In this document: positions 24,105 through 37,161 of the stretch, piece by piece
Layout of the letters: each line of letters opens with the position of its first letter
Numbering within the stretch: the first letter of the stretch is position 1
Assembly: GCA_036785375.1 (NCBI GenBank)
Contig: JAWMAR010000085.1
Location: 7,564,001-7,628,000, forward strand
Source: Leucoraja ocellata
Taxonomy: Eukaryota
Direction: 5' to 3'
Length of the DNA stretch: 64,000 nt
Notes under the pieces: generated by a model
Told to the model about the DNA's origin: nothing
The model's input: the letters and a program-made list of their open reading frames with translations, nothing else
The model's database searches: none
Translations under genes and position numbers: made by a program

Positions 24105-24719
24105 TCTCACCCCAGTCACTTGCTCTTCTCTCCTCTCCATTTCCACCACACTGCCTGGCAAGGCCAGCAGCATAATCAAGGACAAGTCGCACCCTGACCA
24201 CTCCCTCTTCTCCCCTCTCCCATCAGGCAAGTAGTACAGGAAGTGTGAATATGCACACCTCCAGATTCAGGGACAGTTTCTTCCCAGCTATTATTATCCT
24301 ACCAACAACTAGAGAGCAGTCCAGAGCTACTATCCACCTCATTAGAGACCCTTGGACTTTCTTTGATTGGACTTTACTGGACTTTATTTTGCACAAAACG
24401 TTATTCACATTATTCCCTTTATCCTGCAGCTGTGCACTGTGGATGGCCCGATTGTAATCATGTATTGGGGTGTCCCGCTAATTTGATGCTGTATGTAAGG
24501 AAAATCTGTAATTCTATCCCATTTCTTCTTTTTCTATATTGTTTATAAACATAATCCTCATAAATAAAAATTAAACTTCAAATGAATAAAGTGTTATTTT
24601 TGTTTTTTTCCCGATGTTCGATGTGATCATGGCTGATCATCCCCAATCAGTACCCCGTTCCTGCCTTCTCCCCATTTCCCCCCTCGCCCCCCACCCCCCC
24701 CCCCCCCAAACCACATGGC

Positions 24720-25725
24720 CCGATGGTTACTTGTGAAATTTCAAGTCAGCGTATTTATTTAATGGGGGGTCTATCTGAAATACTTTTAAACAGTAGGTAT
24801 TAATAATTAAAATATTTATCACACTTTTAAAAATTCCTCTATTCTTGATAAAATTATAAATCTTACCGTTTTTTTCAAAAATTCCTTGTCCCAACGATTG
24901 GGATAATTTTCCGTCACTCACCTTTGTTGAGCCATGCCATATGGATTTAAATGGAATAGACTTCCGCCCTCAAAACACCGCGGTATTTGAAAGTCCCCTA
25001 CCTTGTGAATTTCTCTTGATCCGTTTTTTGCTGTGTAACGGGCGAGTACCTTTCAACAGCGCCACCTCCGAACGGTGTTGAACTCTTAGAAAATCACAAA
25101 CATTCCATTCTCTCCCCCCTCTGTCTCAACCCCCCCCTTTCCCCATCTCACATCCCCTCCTCTCTCTTCCTCCCTCCCCCTCTCTCTCCTTCCCACGCAG
25201 CGAGGCTCCGACTCCGTGCCGCAAACACCGCACCCCAGCCCGGAGAAACGGGCACTCCCACAACACCGCACTCCCACAACGCAATATTCCACTACTTACC
25301 TGGAGTAGAAACCTAGGATATTTGGTAGACACGAGGCATCGAGGTGATTATGTGGAGTGCAAATGGAGATCTGAACCCGCCTGGGTCCACTGCGCACGCG
25401 CGGAGAGACAGCGTAATTTTGTGTCACCGGCTTCCCCCAACTGCCAGTGTGATGGTCGCAATTTTCCCCAAAAAAATTCCAGCTTGCTGGAACCAGAATA
25501 TCAGGTAATTTTTGTTAAAGTGGAAACGCTGATAGAGCTCCAATTTTTTTCTCTGGATTTCTTTTACTCTGGGGGAAAAAAATACCCTGGCTGGAGGCCC
25601 CCTAGATTTGAGGCCCTAGGCTTCAGCCTATGAAGCCTATAAGTAAATCCGGCCCTGCCGAGGCCCCCTTAGATCTTGAGGCCCTAAGCTTGAGCTTGTG
25701 AAGCTTACACATAAATCCGGCCCTG
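24720..25725. mobile_element. CpG-rich cluster of hAT-like transposon ends
   Basis: Three ...CCCTG termini: AAAAAATACCCTG (25589) and TAAATCCGGCCCTG twice (25657, 25725); matching left ends not found. Confidence 0.55.
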
Positions 25726-27364
25726 CACAACCTGTTTTCCTTTGCTTCAGGGCAGCACTGTGGCACGGCGATAGAGTGCTGACACGTATTCAAAGCAAAT
25801 TTTCACTGGCACTGGAAGAAGTCTCTTCAACCAATTTAGTCAGCTTGGGCAAGTTAAGATGCAGACAGAAATACAGGCCACTGTGTAACCACAATGTCAA
25901 CTAAATCAGAAATGAACTGTAGATGGAAAATGAACATGAGTAACTAAAATTGATCTTGTGAAAAAATCAATTTAATGACAAATGACACAATTGATAAGGG
26001 GAGTTGTTGAGACATAAAGTCATGCAGCACAGAACTAGACCCTTTGATCCAAGTCGTCCATGCTAACCAAGATGCCCCATCTACACTAGTCCCACCTGCC
26101 CATGTTTGGCTCGTATCCCACTAAACCTTTTAAATGTTTTTACAGTGCCTGCTTCAACTACTGTATCTCCTGTGGTAGCCCATTCCATACACCCACCACC
26201 CTCTTTGTGGAAAATGGTGCACTTCAGGTTCCTATTAAATATTAATCAAAATGAACTGCAGATGCTGGTTTATATCAAAGATAGACACTAACTGCTGGAG
26301 TAACTCAACGGGTCAGGCAGCATCTGTGGAGGGAATAGACAGACAAGATTTTGGGTCGAGTCGATCTATACATGTTCTCCAGAGATGCTGCCTGACACGC
26401 TGAGTTACTCCAGCACGTTGTGTGCTTTTTTGTATTAACCATTATCTGCAGTTCCTTGTTTCAAAATTTCTTCAATGTAAGTTAAGGTTTGAGGCGAAAA
26501 GTTCAAAAATCTAACTTTCCGCGCAATCTATTCCCAGCTGTTCTTCGAAGTTCTGATTATCCCCAGTGTGATTGTCACTGGGTCATTATTTCACAGAATC
26601 CCCAAACTCTGACGAAACATCATCTCTCACTGTATTTATTAACAGCATAAATCTTGAAGCAGCTAATAAAAAACATATTGGTTTCAGTATCCACAGTACT
26701 TAATATCCCAGGGTGGAGAGATTTGAAATACAACCCTATTAAACCAGCACTAAACCAAATGGAACATCGTGGAAGCAAGCTCACCTGAATGTAGTGGACC
26801 CTACTGAACCCAGACATTTGCAAGGTTATTGGACAAATTCAATTTATTTCTGAGGCATTCAAAGGAAGTCTAACTACTATTGAGATAAAAGGTGAATTTG
26901 ACCTGAATAAAGAAATGATTGAGAACATTGTTAGCACAATGTAATTGTTCTGGGTTTGGGAATTATGAGACACTTCAACATTGAAATAATTCTCCATATG
27001 ACAAGAAAGAATTTATAGGGTGGCACACTGCCACAGCTGGTAGAGCTGCTGCCTCACAGCTCCAGAGATCCAGGTTCAATCCTGACCTTTGTGTGGAATT
27101 TGTACATTCCCCCTGTCACAGCGTAGGTTTTCTCAGGGTGCTCTGGTTTCCTCCCACATCCCAAAGACATGTAAAAATTGCCCCTGGTGTGTAGGGATTA
27201 GATGAGAGAATGGGATAACATAGAACTAGCGTGAACAGGTGATCTATAGTCAGTGGGCCGAAGTGCCTGTTTCTATGCTGTATTTCTAAAACTAAATCTA
27301 AATGGGTGTTGGTGAAATCTAGACTCTGTCCCAGAAAATCTCTCAATGTGTTTCAAAGTTGTTC

Positions 27365-28460
27365 AAAGTCATGTCATAAGTGATAGGAGAAGAATTAGGC
27401 CATTCAGCCCATTAAGTCTATTCTGCCATTCAATCATGGCTGATATACCTCTCCCTCCTAACCCCATTCTCCTGCCTTCTCCCCATAACCTCTGTCACCT
27501 GTATTAATCAAGAATCTATCTATCTCTGCCTTAAATATATCCACTGACTTTGTCTCCACAGCCTTCTATGGCAAATTCCACAGATTGACCACCCTCTGAC
27601 TAAAGAAATTCCACCTCATCTCCTTCCTAAAAGAACGGCCTTCAATTCTGAGACTATGACCTCTAGTCCTAGACTTTTAGTGGAAACATCCTCTCCACAT
27701 CCACTCTATCCAGCCTTTCACTATTTTGCACGTTTCAATGAGGTCCCCCCTCATTCTTCTAAACTCCAGTGAATATAGGTCCAGTGCTGTCAAAGGCCCA
27801 TCATATGTTAACCTACTCATTCCTGGGTAGACAAAAAATGCTGGAGAAACTCAGCGGGTGAGGCAGCATCTATGGAGAAAAGGAGTAGGCGACGTTTAGG
27901 GTCGAGACCCTTCTTCAGACTGGGATAATTCCTGGGATCATTCTTGTAAACCTCCTCTGGACCCTCTCCAGAGCCAGCACATCCTTCCTCAGATATTGTG
28001 CCCAAAATTGTTCACAATATTCCAAATGCGGCCTTATAATTTCTGGATTCTCTCCCCATTTAGAAAATAATCTACGCCTTTAATCCTACTACCAAAATGC
28101 CACACTTTGCTAAACTATATTCCATCTTCCACCTCTCTCCCAAGCTATCCAAGACCTTCTGCAGAGTCCCTGCTTTCTCTACCCTACCTGCCCCTCCACA
28201 TATTTTCGCATCATCCGCAAACTTGGCCCCTCATCCAAATCATTGATACCAATGTGAAGAGCAGCGGCCCCAGCACCCAGCCCTGTGGAACTCCGCTAGT
28301 CACTGGCAGCAAACCAGAAAAAGCTCTTTGTCTTCTGTCATCCAGCCAACCTGCTATCCATGCTAGTATCTGCCCTTTGATACCATGGGCTCTCATCTTC
28401 CTTAGCAGCCTTCCATGTGGCACCTTATCAAAGGCTTGCTGAAAATCTAGGTATACAAGA
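27365..28460 (-). mobile_element. Decayed CR1 RT and 3' end with internal deletions
   Basis: PHGRLL..VTSGVPQGWVLGPLLF; 3'UTR. Confidence 0.8.
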
Positions 28461-31400
28461 ACATCTACAAAGGTTATTACTTGTTTTAGTTTCGTTTTAG
28501 AGATACAGCTAAACTAAATATCAGTAAACATTTGCTTTCACTTCTGTTTGGTTAGAATTCCTATTGCTTATCAGTCTTCCTCGCCATATTAATAATTACT
28601 GACTTCTTACAAATGGGAATAAATAACATGGTCATAATATTCTATTGGCTCAGTGGAGTAATAAAAATTGAAGCAGGCTTGAAATTGCGGAAAAATAATC
28701 AATTTTATAGAAATAAATATCATTCAGTTAAATATGAACTCTCGATAACACATAGGCATAAGTTGAGACAGGAATGATTTAACATGGACCTCAGCGGTAA
28801 CCTTTTTACTCAGAAGGTAGTCTGTACCTGGAATGAGCTGCCAGAGGAAGCAGGCCCTTCGGCCCACCGTGTCACTGCCAACCCCATGCACTAGTACTAT
28901 CCTACACAATAGGGACAATTATTACAATATACTGAAACCAATTAACCTACAAACCTGTATGTCTTTGGAGTGTGGGAGGAAACCGGAGCAGCCGGAGAAA
29001 ACCCACACGGACACAGGTAGAACGTACAAACTCTGTACAGACAGCACCTGTAGTTAGGATCAAACCCGTGTCTCTGGCGCTGTAAGGCAGCATCTTTACT
29101 GCTGCATTACTGTGCCGCCCCTAACACATTTATAACTTTTAAAAGACATTTGGACAGATATATGGATAGGTTAGGTTTAGAGGGTTATTGGGCCAAATGG
29201 GACGTATGCCAGCTTGATTGGCATGGACTCGGTGGGCCGAAGGGCCTGTTTCCACACTGTATCTTGAAAGTTTAAAGTCTAAAGCATCTGCAGATCTTTG
29301 TGTCTACAAAGTCTTGTGGAGCTGCACCATGACTTCCTGACTCTTACACTCAATGCCCCGACCAATGAAGGCGAGCATACCATGGGTCTTCTTTTCCCTA
29401 ATAAAATACACCATTCTATGTTGGTAGTTAAAGATTATCTTGTCAGACAGGCAGAAAACATATGCATAAAATATGAAGATAAGAACATCAGAGCCTTGTG
29501 TAATTCGCGTATCTGTTCCTTCCGATCAAGCTCATGTTGGATTTATTCGGATGACTGCTATCAAAGTGATACAGAGCCCAGAGGGGAAGAGAATAATCTG
29601 TTAAACTTTGAAAAATATACAAATCTGTAACGTGTCTTTTTAATTACGGACACTTCACATTGCAAACGACATTATTCTCCATGTTCTCTGACTACCCTTA
29701 TCTTTACAATGTCCAGCCCTCTTCTCAACCAAATATTGAAGCAGTTATTCTTCAAAGTTGTTTATTGACATAGAAATAAGGCTTTGGTTTGAAGTTTGTT
29801 TCATTCATCAATTATTCATTGGGGAAAAAAAAAACACTTCTTGTGAAGCCTGACCCCATTACATGCTTGTTGATTTGGCATCCAATCTTTTAGTTGAGTA
29901 GTTGTATCTAAATATTTTGCCGAGCACTTGTTCTTGATCCACTAAGGGCCGCTGGATCGCTAACCATTTTAACCCCCCCTTCCAATTCACTCACCAACCT
30001 TTCTGTCTGGTGTTGGATATAAAAATGTTTATTAAAATTTTACTTTTGTCTACCTCCTTTCAAAGTCAACATAATCAAAGACTTGTCCCACCCTGGTTAT
30101 TCCTTCTTCTCGCGGCTCCCATCCGGCAGAAGGTACAGAAGCTTGAAAGTGCGCACCGCCAGCCTCAGGAACAGCTTCTTCCCCTCTGTTATCGCGCTTC
30201 TGAACAGCTCTTCCATAAGCTAGGGTACTGTCCGATTCACCTCTACCCCATTGCGGATATTGGACTGTGTCATTGGAACTGATGCGCTACAATGCTGAGA
30301 TTTATATTCTGCACTCTGTATCTTTCCCTCTGCTCTACCTTGAGTTTGAACAGATCATGTCTATCTAGGGTATATCTGCTCTATTTGGATAGCATGCAAA
30401 ACAAAGATTTTCACTGTATCTCGGTACATGTGACAATAATAAACCTGAACCTACATCTAAAAAAATTTTTTTCCACAATAGAGATTCTAATTCTTCTTCC
30501 TTCAAAGCAAATTCCCCCTTAAAATCCTTCCTTTATTACATGCAAAATTATCTAACAACATGTCAAAGCGTCTTACAGTGTAAAAACAGGCCTTTTGGCC
30601 CAACTTGCTCACACTGACCAACATGTCCCATCTACACTAGTCCCACTTGCCTGCATTTGGCCCATACCCCTCTAAAGCTTTTACTATCCGTGTATCTGTC
30701 TAAATGTTTCTTAAACGTCGCAAGAGTACCTGCCTCAACTACCTCTTCTGGCAGCTCATTCCATACACCCACCACCCTTTGCATGAAAAAGTTACCCCTC
30801 AGGTTCCTATTAAATCTTTCCCCCTTCATCTTAAACCCATGTCCTCTGGAGGTTGATCTTGTACTTTTCCCTCGCTATGAAATGAATAAAATCACCGAAC
30901 AATTTGTCCCTCAGAGTGTGATCACAAATTCTAATGCAATATTTAAAATGTGTCGCTGCACAGTGATAGAATGAATTTGTGATATTCTCCAGAACATCAG
31001 CAGTCAGTTGTGAAAGGGAATTATGTTGGTCAACATTTTCAAAGGAAACCAACAAAGTTATGATATATGTGGGTGCTGTCTGTACGGAGTGTGTACGCTC
31101 TCCCCATGACCGCATGGGATTTCCCCGAGTGCTCCGGTTCCCCCTGCACTCCAAAGACGTGCAAGATTGCAGGTTAATTGGCTTTGGTAAAGATTGTAAA
31201 TTGTTTCTAGTGTGTGTAGGATAGTGCTAGTATACAGTCAGTGTGGATTCGATGGGCTGAAAGGACTGTTTCTGCACTGTTTCTCTGAACTAAACTAAAC
31301 TACAATGTCTGAAGAAGGGTCCCAACCCGAAATGTTGGCTGTCATACAGATGCTGACTGACCCGCTGAGTTCCTCCATCTACAGTCTCCTCCCACATCAC

Positions 31401-33757
31401 AAAGACGTGCAAGTGTGTTGGTTTAATTACCCTCTGTAAATTGCCCCTAGTGTACAGGGAGTGAATGAGAAAGTGGAATAACTTAGAACCGGTGGTCGGT
31501 GATGGTCGGCGTGGACTCGGTGGGCCGAAGGGCCTGTTTCCACGCTGTTTCTTTCATTCAATGTGATTCCTTCAGAAGATTCAGGAGAAGCAATTGCTGT
31601 ATTTCATACCAATAATTGTCAGAGTGAAAGAGTCATTCATCTGACTACATGGAGCTAAGGAGATTATTTCAGGAGGCGAAGTGAAGCAAGACAGTGGTAT
31701 GAGTAATAGTGTAATAATGGCATTGCAGAGGGGAACAATATATCTCATTGATATTGGATTCAGTGTTAGATGTAATATGAACTAAAAGATGTAATGTGGT
31801 GAAGCAGAGAGCTATTGTTAGTTGAACTTCTTTTATACCGTTCTAGTTTTAAGGGTCATATGTTTAAATAGCACCCAGTATTTGATGAAGCAAAGCTCCA
31901 GAGGCCCGGGTTCGATCCTGACCTTGGCTACTGTCTGCACAGACTTTACACATTCCCCCTGCAACCAGGTGGGTTTCCTCTGGGTGCTCCGGTTCCCTCC
32001 CACATCCCAAAGACATGTGGGTTTGTAGGTTAATTTGCCCCCAGAGTGTAGAGAGTGGGTGAGAAAGTGGGATAACATGGAACTCATGTGAACGAGTGAT
32101 CGATGGACTCGTTGGGCTGAAGGTCCTGTTTTCATGCTATATCTTCCAATCAATTCAATTCAATATAATATGATCTATTTTAGTTTAGTTTAATTTAGAG
32201 ATGCAGCGTTGAAACGGCCCCTGCGGCTCACTGAGTCTGCGATAACCAGCGATCACCCATTCACACAAGTTCTATTCCACACACTAGGGACAATTTACAG
32301 AAGCCAATTAACCTAGAAACCCAGAGAAAACCCACACGGTCACATGGAGAACGTACAAACTCTATACAAACAGCACCCATAGTCAGGATTGAACCCAGGT
32401 CTCTGGCTCTGCGAGGCAGCAACTCTGCCCGTGAATAATTTAGTGCAGTGTGAATACTTGTCAGTGTCAGATAAAGGATATTTGTATGAACCATTAATCT
32501 TAAGCTCAAACAACCTTTGCCAAACTGCCACAACTGAAGTTGACAGAGTTTTGTACACTACCAAAGACGGGTATCTTTCCGAATGCCTTCCTGTGTGGAA
32601 AGGTCGAGGAGTCTGTCTATATCTTACAATGTGAGTTAAAGATTAACGAGACAAGAATTAGATAAAGTTGTTGACACACAGAACTGCAGTTGCTGGAATC
32701 TTGAGCAAGACACAAAGTACTGGAGGAACTCAGTGGGTCATGCAGCATCGGTGGAGGGAATGGACAGACGATGTTTAGGGTGTGGACTCCTCTTCAGCCG
32801 GGTTGGACATAATCCTCTGTATTCCTACCAGACTGAAGAATGGTCTGAATCCAAAGCATCGCCTGTCCATTCCCTCCACAGATGCTGCCAGACCTGCTGA
32901 GTTCCTCCAGCACTTAGTGTTTGTAAATATAATTTGTTTTTTCTTTCTTACTGAGGATCTTTCCAATGTTTGCATTGGAAAATAAAATATATCTGGTCTC
33001 CTCTTTAACCAGTTTAGGGCTCAATTGCCAAAGTCTATTCCCTTAATTGAAACATTATTTGCTACACTTTGGAGAGTGCTTTTAGGTGGACAATATTTGA
33101 TAGAGCATTATCGCCCAGAGATCAGGCAGACACCCACGTTACTATAATTACCTTATAAAATTGAGTTTTCCTGCACAGAATGGAGAAATAAATGCTCCAC
33201 CAAAATGTGAAAGCTGCAGCAGAGAGTATAAATCATCTTCATTAAATGTAACACAAAGACATTGTCAAAAATCAATACTTTAGACTTCCCTTGGAAATAT
33301 TTGACATACTTCCTCAGCAAATGAACTCAACTGTGTAGGAAGGAACTTATACCAAATATTGCTGGCTTATACCAAATATAGACACAAAGTGCTGGTGTAA
33401 CACGTTGGGTCAGGCAGCATCTCTGGAGAAAAGTCTGAAGAAGGGTTCCAACCCAAAACGCCACCCGTCCTTTTTCTCCAGAGATGCTGTCTGACCGACT
33501 GAGTTACTACAGCACCTTGTATCTATCTAAGTGAAATTAACTCATCTGTTTTAAAAGTTGGTTTGGGAACAGCTCTGCCCTAGACCGTGTGAAATCACAG
33601 AGAGTTGTTGATGCAGCCCAGTCGGCCACACAGACCAGACCCCCCACCATTCAGTCCATCTACACCATGCTGCCTCGGAAAAGCAGCAGACATGATCAAA
33701 GACATCTCACCCCAGTCATTCCTTCTTCTCCCTGCTTCCATCGGGCAGAAAATACAG

Positions 33758-34058
33758 CGGAAGCACAGTAGCGCAGCTGGTAGAGCTGCTGCCTCACAGC
33801 GCCAGAGACCCGTGTTCAATCCTGACCTTGGATGCTGTATGTGTGGTGTTTGCACGCTCTCCCTGTGACCGCATGGATTTCCTCCCGGTGCTCCGGTCTC
33901 CTCCCACATACCAAAGACATGCAGACATGTAGGTTAATTGGCTTCTGTAAATTGTCCCAAGTGTGTAGGATAGAACTAATGTATTGGTGATAGCTTGTCA
34001 GCAGAGACTCGAAGAGCTGAAGGGCCTGTTTGCACGCTGCATCACTAAACCATAAACT
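33758..34058 (+). mobile_element. HE1-like SINE
   Basis: Head, core and tail. Confidence 0.85.
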
Positions 34059-34283
34059 TAAATAAGAAGCTTGAAAGCATGCATCACCAGACTCAGAAAT
34101 AGCTTCTTCCCTGATGTTATCGGGCTAACATAAGCTAAGGTGTAGCCTCAATCCTTAAACTGATCTCATTGCAGACTTTGGACTTTTTCTCTGGAACTAT
34201 AATGCTACAAATGTGAAAATCACTTTCTGCTCTCCAGTGTTTATCTTTACCTGGTCTATTTGTGTATGGCTTGATTGTATTTA

Positions 34284-35947
34284 CATTGCCCTCCATAATG
34301 TTTGGGACAAAGACCCATCATTTATTTATTTGCCTCTGTACTCCACAATTTGAGATTTGTAATAGTTAAATTGCACATTGTCAGATTTTATTAAAGGCCA
34401 TTTTTATACATTTTGGTTTCACCATGTAGAAATTACAACTGTTTTTATACATAGTCCCCCCATTTCAGGGCACCAAACATTTTGGGACACATGGCTTCAC
34501 AGGTGTGTGTAATTGCTCAGGTGTGTTTAATTGCCTCCTTAATGCAGATATAAGAGAGCTCTCAGCACCTAGTCTTTCCTCCAGTCTTTCCATCACCTTT
34601 GGAAACTTTTATTGCTGTTTATCAACATGAGGACCAAAGTTGTGCCAGTGAAAGTCAAAGAATCCATTATGAGACTGAGAAATAAGAATGAAACTGTTAG
34701 AGACATCAGCCAAACATTGTGCTTACCATGTTTGGAACATCATTAATAAGAAAGAGAGCACTGATGAGCTTACTAATCGCAAAGGGACTGACAGGCCAAG
34801 GAAGACGTCCACAGCTGATGATAGAAGAATTCTTTCTATAATAAAGAAAATTCCAATAACACCTGTCCAACAGATCAGAAACACTCTTCAGGAGTCAGGT
34901 GTGGATTTGTCAATGACCACTGTCCGCAGAAGACTTCATGAACAGAAATACGGAGGCTACACTGCAAGATGCAAACCACTGGTTAGCCACAAAAATAGGA
35001 TGGCCGGGTTACAGTTTGCCAAGAAGTAATTAATAGAGCAACAGTTCTGGAAAAAGGTCTTGTGGACAGATGAGACGAAGATTAACATATCAGAGAGATG
35101 GCAAGAGCAAAGTATGGAGGAGAGAAGGAACTGCCCAAGATCCAAAACGTACCACCTCATCTGTGAAACACGGTGGTGGGGGTGTTATGGCCTGGGTATG
35201 TATTGCTGCTGAAGGTACTGGCTCACTTATTTTCATTTATGATACAACTGCTGACGGTAGTAGCATAATGAATTCTGAAAAGTATAGACACATCCTATCT
35301 GCTCAAGTTCAAACAAATGCCTCAAAACTCATTGGCCGGCTGTTCATTCTACAGCAAGACAATGATCCCAAACATACTGCTAAGTGCTCTCTTATACCAG
35401 CATTAAGGAGACAATTAAGCACACCTGAGTACCACAAATCTCAAAGCTAACAAATGGTCAATTCTTGAGTGGCCAAGTCAATCACCTGATCTGAACCCAA
35501 TTGAGCACGCCTTTTATATGCTGAAGAGAAAACTGAAGGAACTAGTCCCCCAAACATGCATAAGCTAAAGATGGCTACAATACAGGCCTGGCAGAGCATC
35601 ACCAGAAAAGACATCGAGCAACTGGTGATGTCCATGAATCGCAGACTTCAAGCAGTCATTGCATGCAAAGGATATGCAACAAAATACTAAACATGACTAC
35701 TTTCATTTACATGACATTGCTGTGTCTCAAACATTATGGTGCCCCGAAATGGGGGGGACTATGCATAAACACTGCTGTAATTTCTACATGGTGAAACCAA
35801 AAGGTATAAAAATGGCCTTTATTAAAATCTGACAATGTGCACTTTAACAACATGTGATTTTTTTTCTATTACAAATCTCAAATTGTGTAGTACAGAGGCA
35901 AATAAATAAATGATGGCTCTTTGTCTCAAACATTATGGAGGGCACTG
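34284..35947 (+). mobile_element. Tc1/mariner DNA transposon, IR/DR type with long TIRs, full length, transposase decayed
   Basis: TA|CATTGCCCTCCATAATGTTTG...CAAACATTATGGAGGGCACTG|TA; TIRs over 200 bp with internal direct repeat; WTDETK, QQDNDPKH and SPDLNPIE motifs. Confidence 0.95.
34627..35690 (+). pseudogene. Frameshifted Tc1 DDE transposase
   Basis: MRTKVVP start, GTDRPRKT AT-hook-like motif, ends ATKY-stop; split over several frames with stops. Confidence 0.88.
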
Positions 35948-36297
35948 TATGTATCGTATGATCTGATTTATTTTGTTAGCACGCAACCAAAAGCTTTGCA
36001 CTGTACCTTGGTACATGTGACTATAATATACCAATAACTAAAACTAAAAACATAACCATAACATAATCATTGAAAGATACATTTGGATAGACACATGGAC
36101 AGGAAGGGTTTAGAGTGTTATTGACCAAATGGTTCTAGCCCATGACCTAACTTGGTCAACAAGGGCATAGTGGGGTGTGGGGCCTGCTTCCATCCTGACA
36201 GGGGAAGGGCTTGTAGGTAGTAAGATGTAAGGATGATGCTGGATCTCATTGAAGTTCAAGAACGTAATATTGGAAGAGGTATGGGTGTTTTTGATTA

Positions 36298-36610
36298 ACA
36301 GATACAGCATGGAAACCGGCCCTTCAGCCCACCGAGTCCATGCCGACCATCGACCACCAATTCACACTAACTCTTCTCACTTTCCCCCATCCACTCCGTA
36401 TGCACTAAAGGCAATTTACAGAAGCCAATTAACCTACAAACCTGCATGTCTTTGGGATGTAAGAGGAAACCGGAGCATCCAGAGAAAACCTTTGTGGTCA
36501 CAGGGAGAATGTGCAAACTCCACACACAGACATCACCTGAGGTCAGGATCGAACCCGGATCTCTGGCGCTATGAGGCAGCAGCTCCACCGCTGCGCCACC
36601 ATGCCACCCT
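36298..36610 (-). mobile_element. HE1-like SINE
   Basis: Reverse-complement match. Confidence 0.85.
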
Positions 36611-37030
36611 GTGTTGACTAGGGCAAATCTGATTACAGAGATTGGTGGACACTGCCTGGTCCATCACAGGTACTGGCCTCCCCACCATTAAAGGGATCTA
36701 CAGGAGGCGCCTCTTTTCACTCCCGCCATCGGGAAGAAAGTGCAGGAACCTGAAAACTGCAAGGTCCAGGTTCAGGAGCAACTTCTTCCTAACAACCTCT
36801 TGAACACTGCATAACACTAACTACAAACTTACCTCAGCAATTATGATCTTCTATGGACTGTGTCTGGTTGCATTAAGGACTTCGATTTTGCACTATTATG
36901 GTTAACTAGTATTAGGGTTATTAATTTATTGTATGTTTGATCATTACACATTTGTGTGTTACTGTTTTAACAGCCCTTTTTAATAAAGCTTAGTTGAAAT
37001 AATTGTTCTGTTGCCAATACATATTACAAT

Positions 37031-37161
37031 GGAGGGTTATGGTATGAGTGCAGGGTTATGGTATGAGTGCAGGCAGGTGGGACTAAGGGGAAAAAAATTT
37101 GTTCGGCACGGACTTGTAGGGCCGAGATGGCCTGTTTCGGTGCTGTAATTGTTATATGGTT
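37031..37161 (+). mobile_element. Very short 3'-end insertion of the same young CR1 family
   Basis: Reverse complement of the tail at 7686-7800; inserted into an older element's catat(g/t)acaattaaacact tail. Confidence 0.85.

Noticed and set aside
24900-25560. CpG-island promoter of an intergenic gene
   Set aside because: No exon or ORF support and bounded by transposon-like termini; a young DNA transposon is more parsimonious
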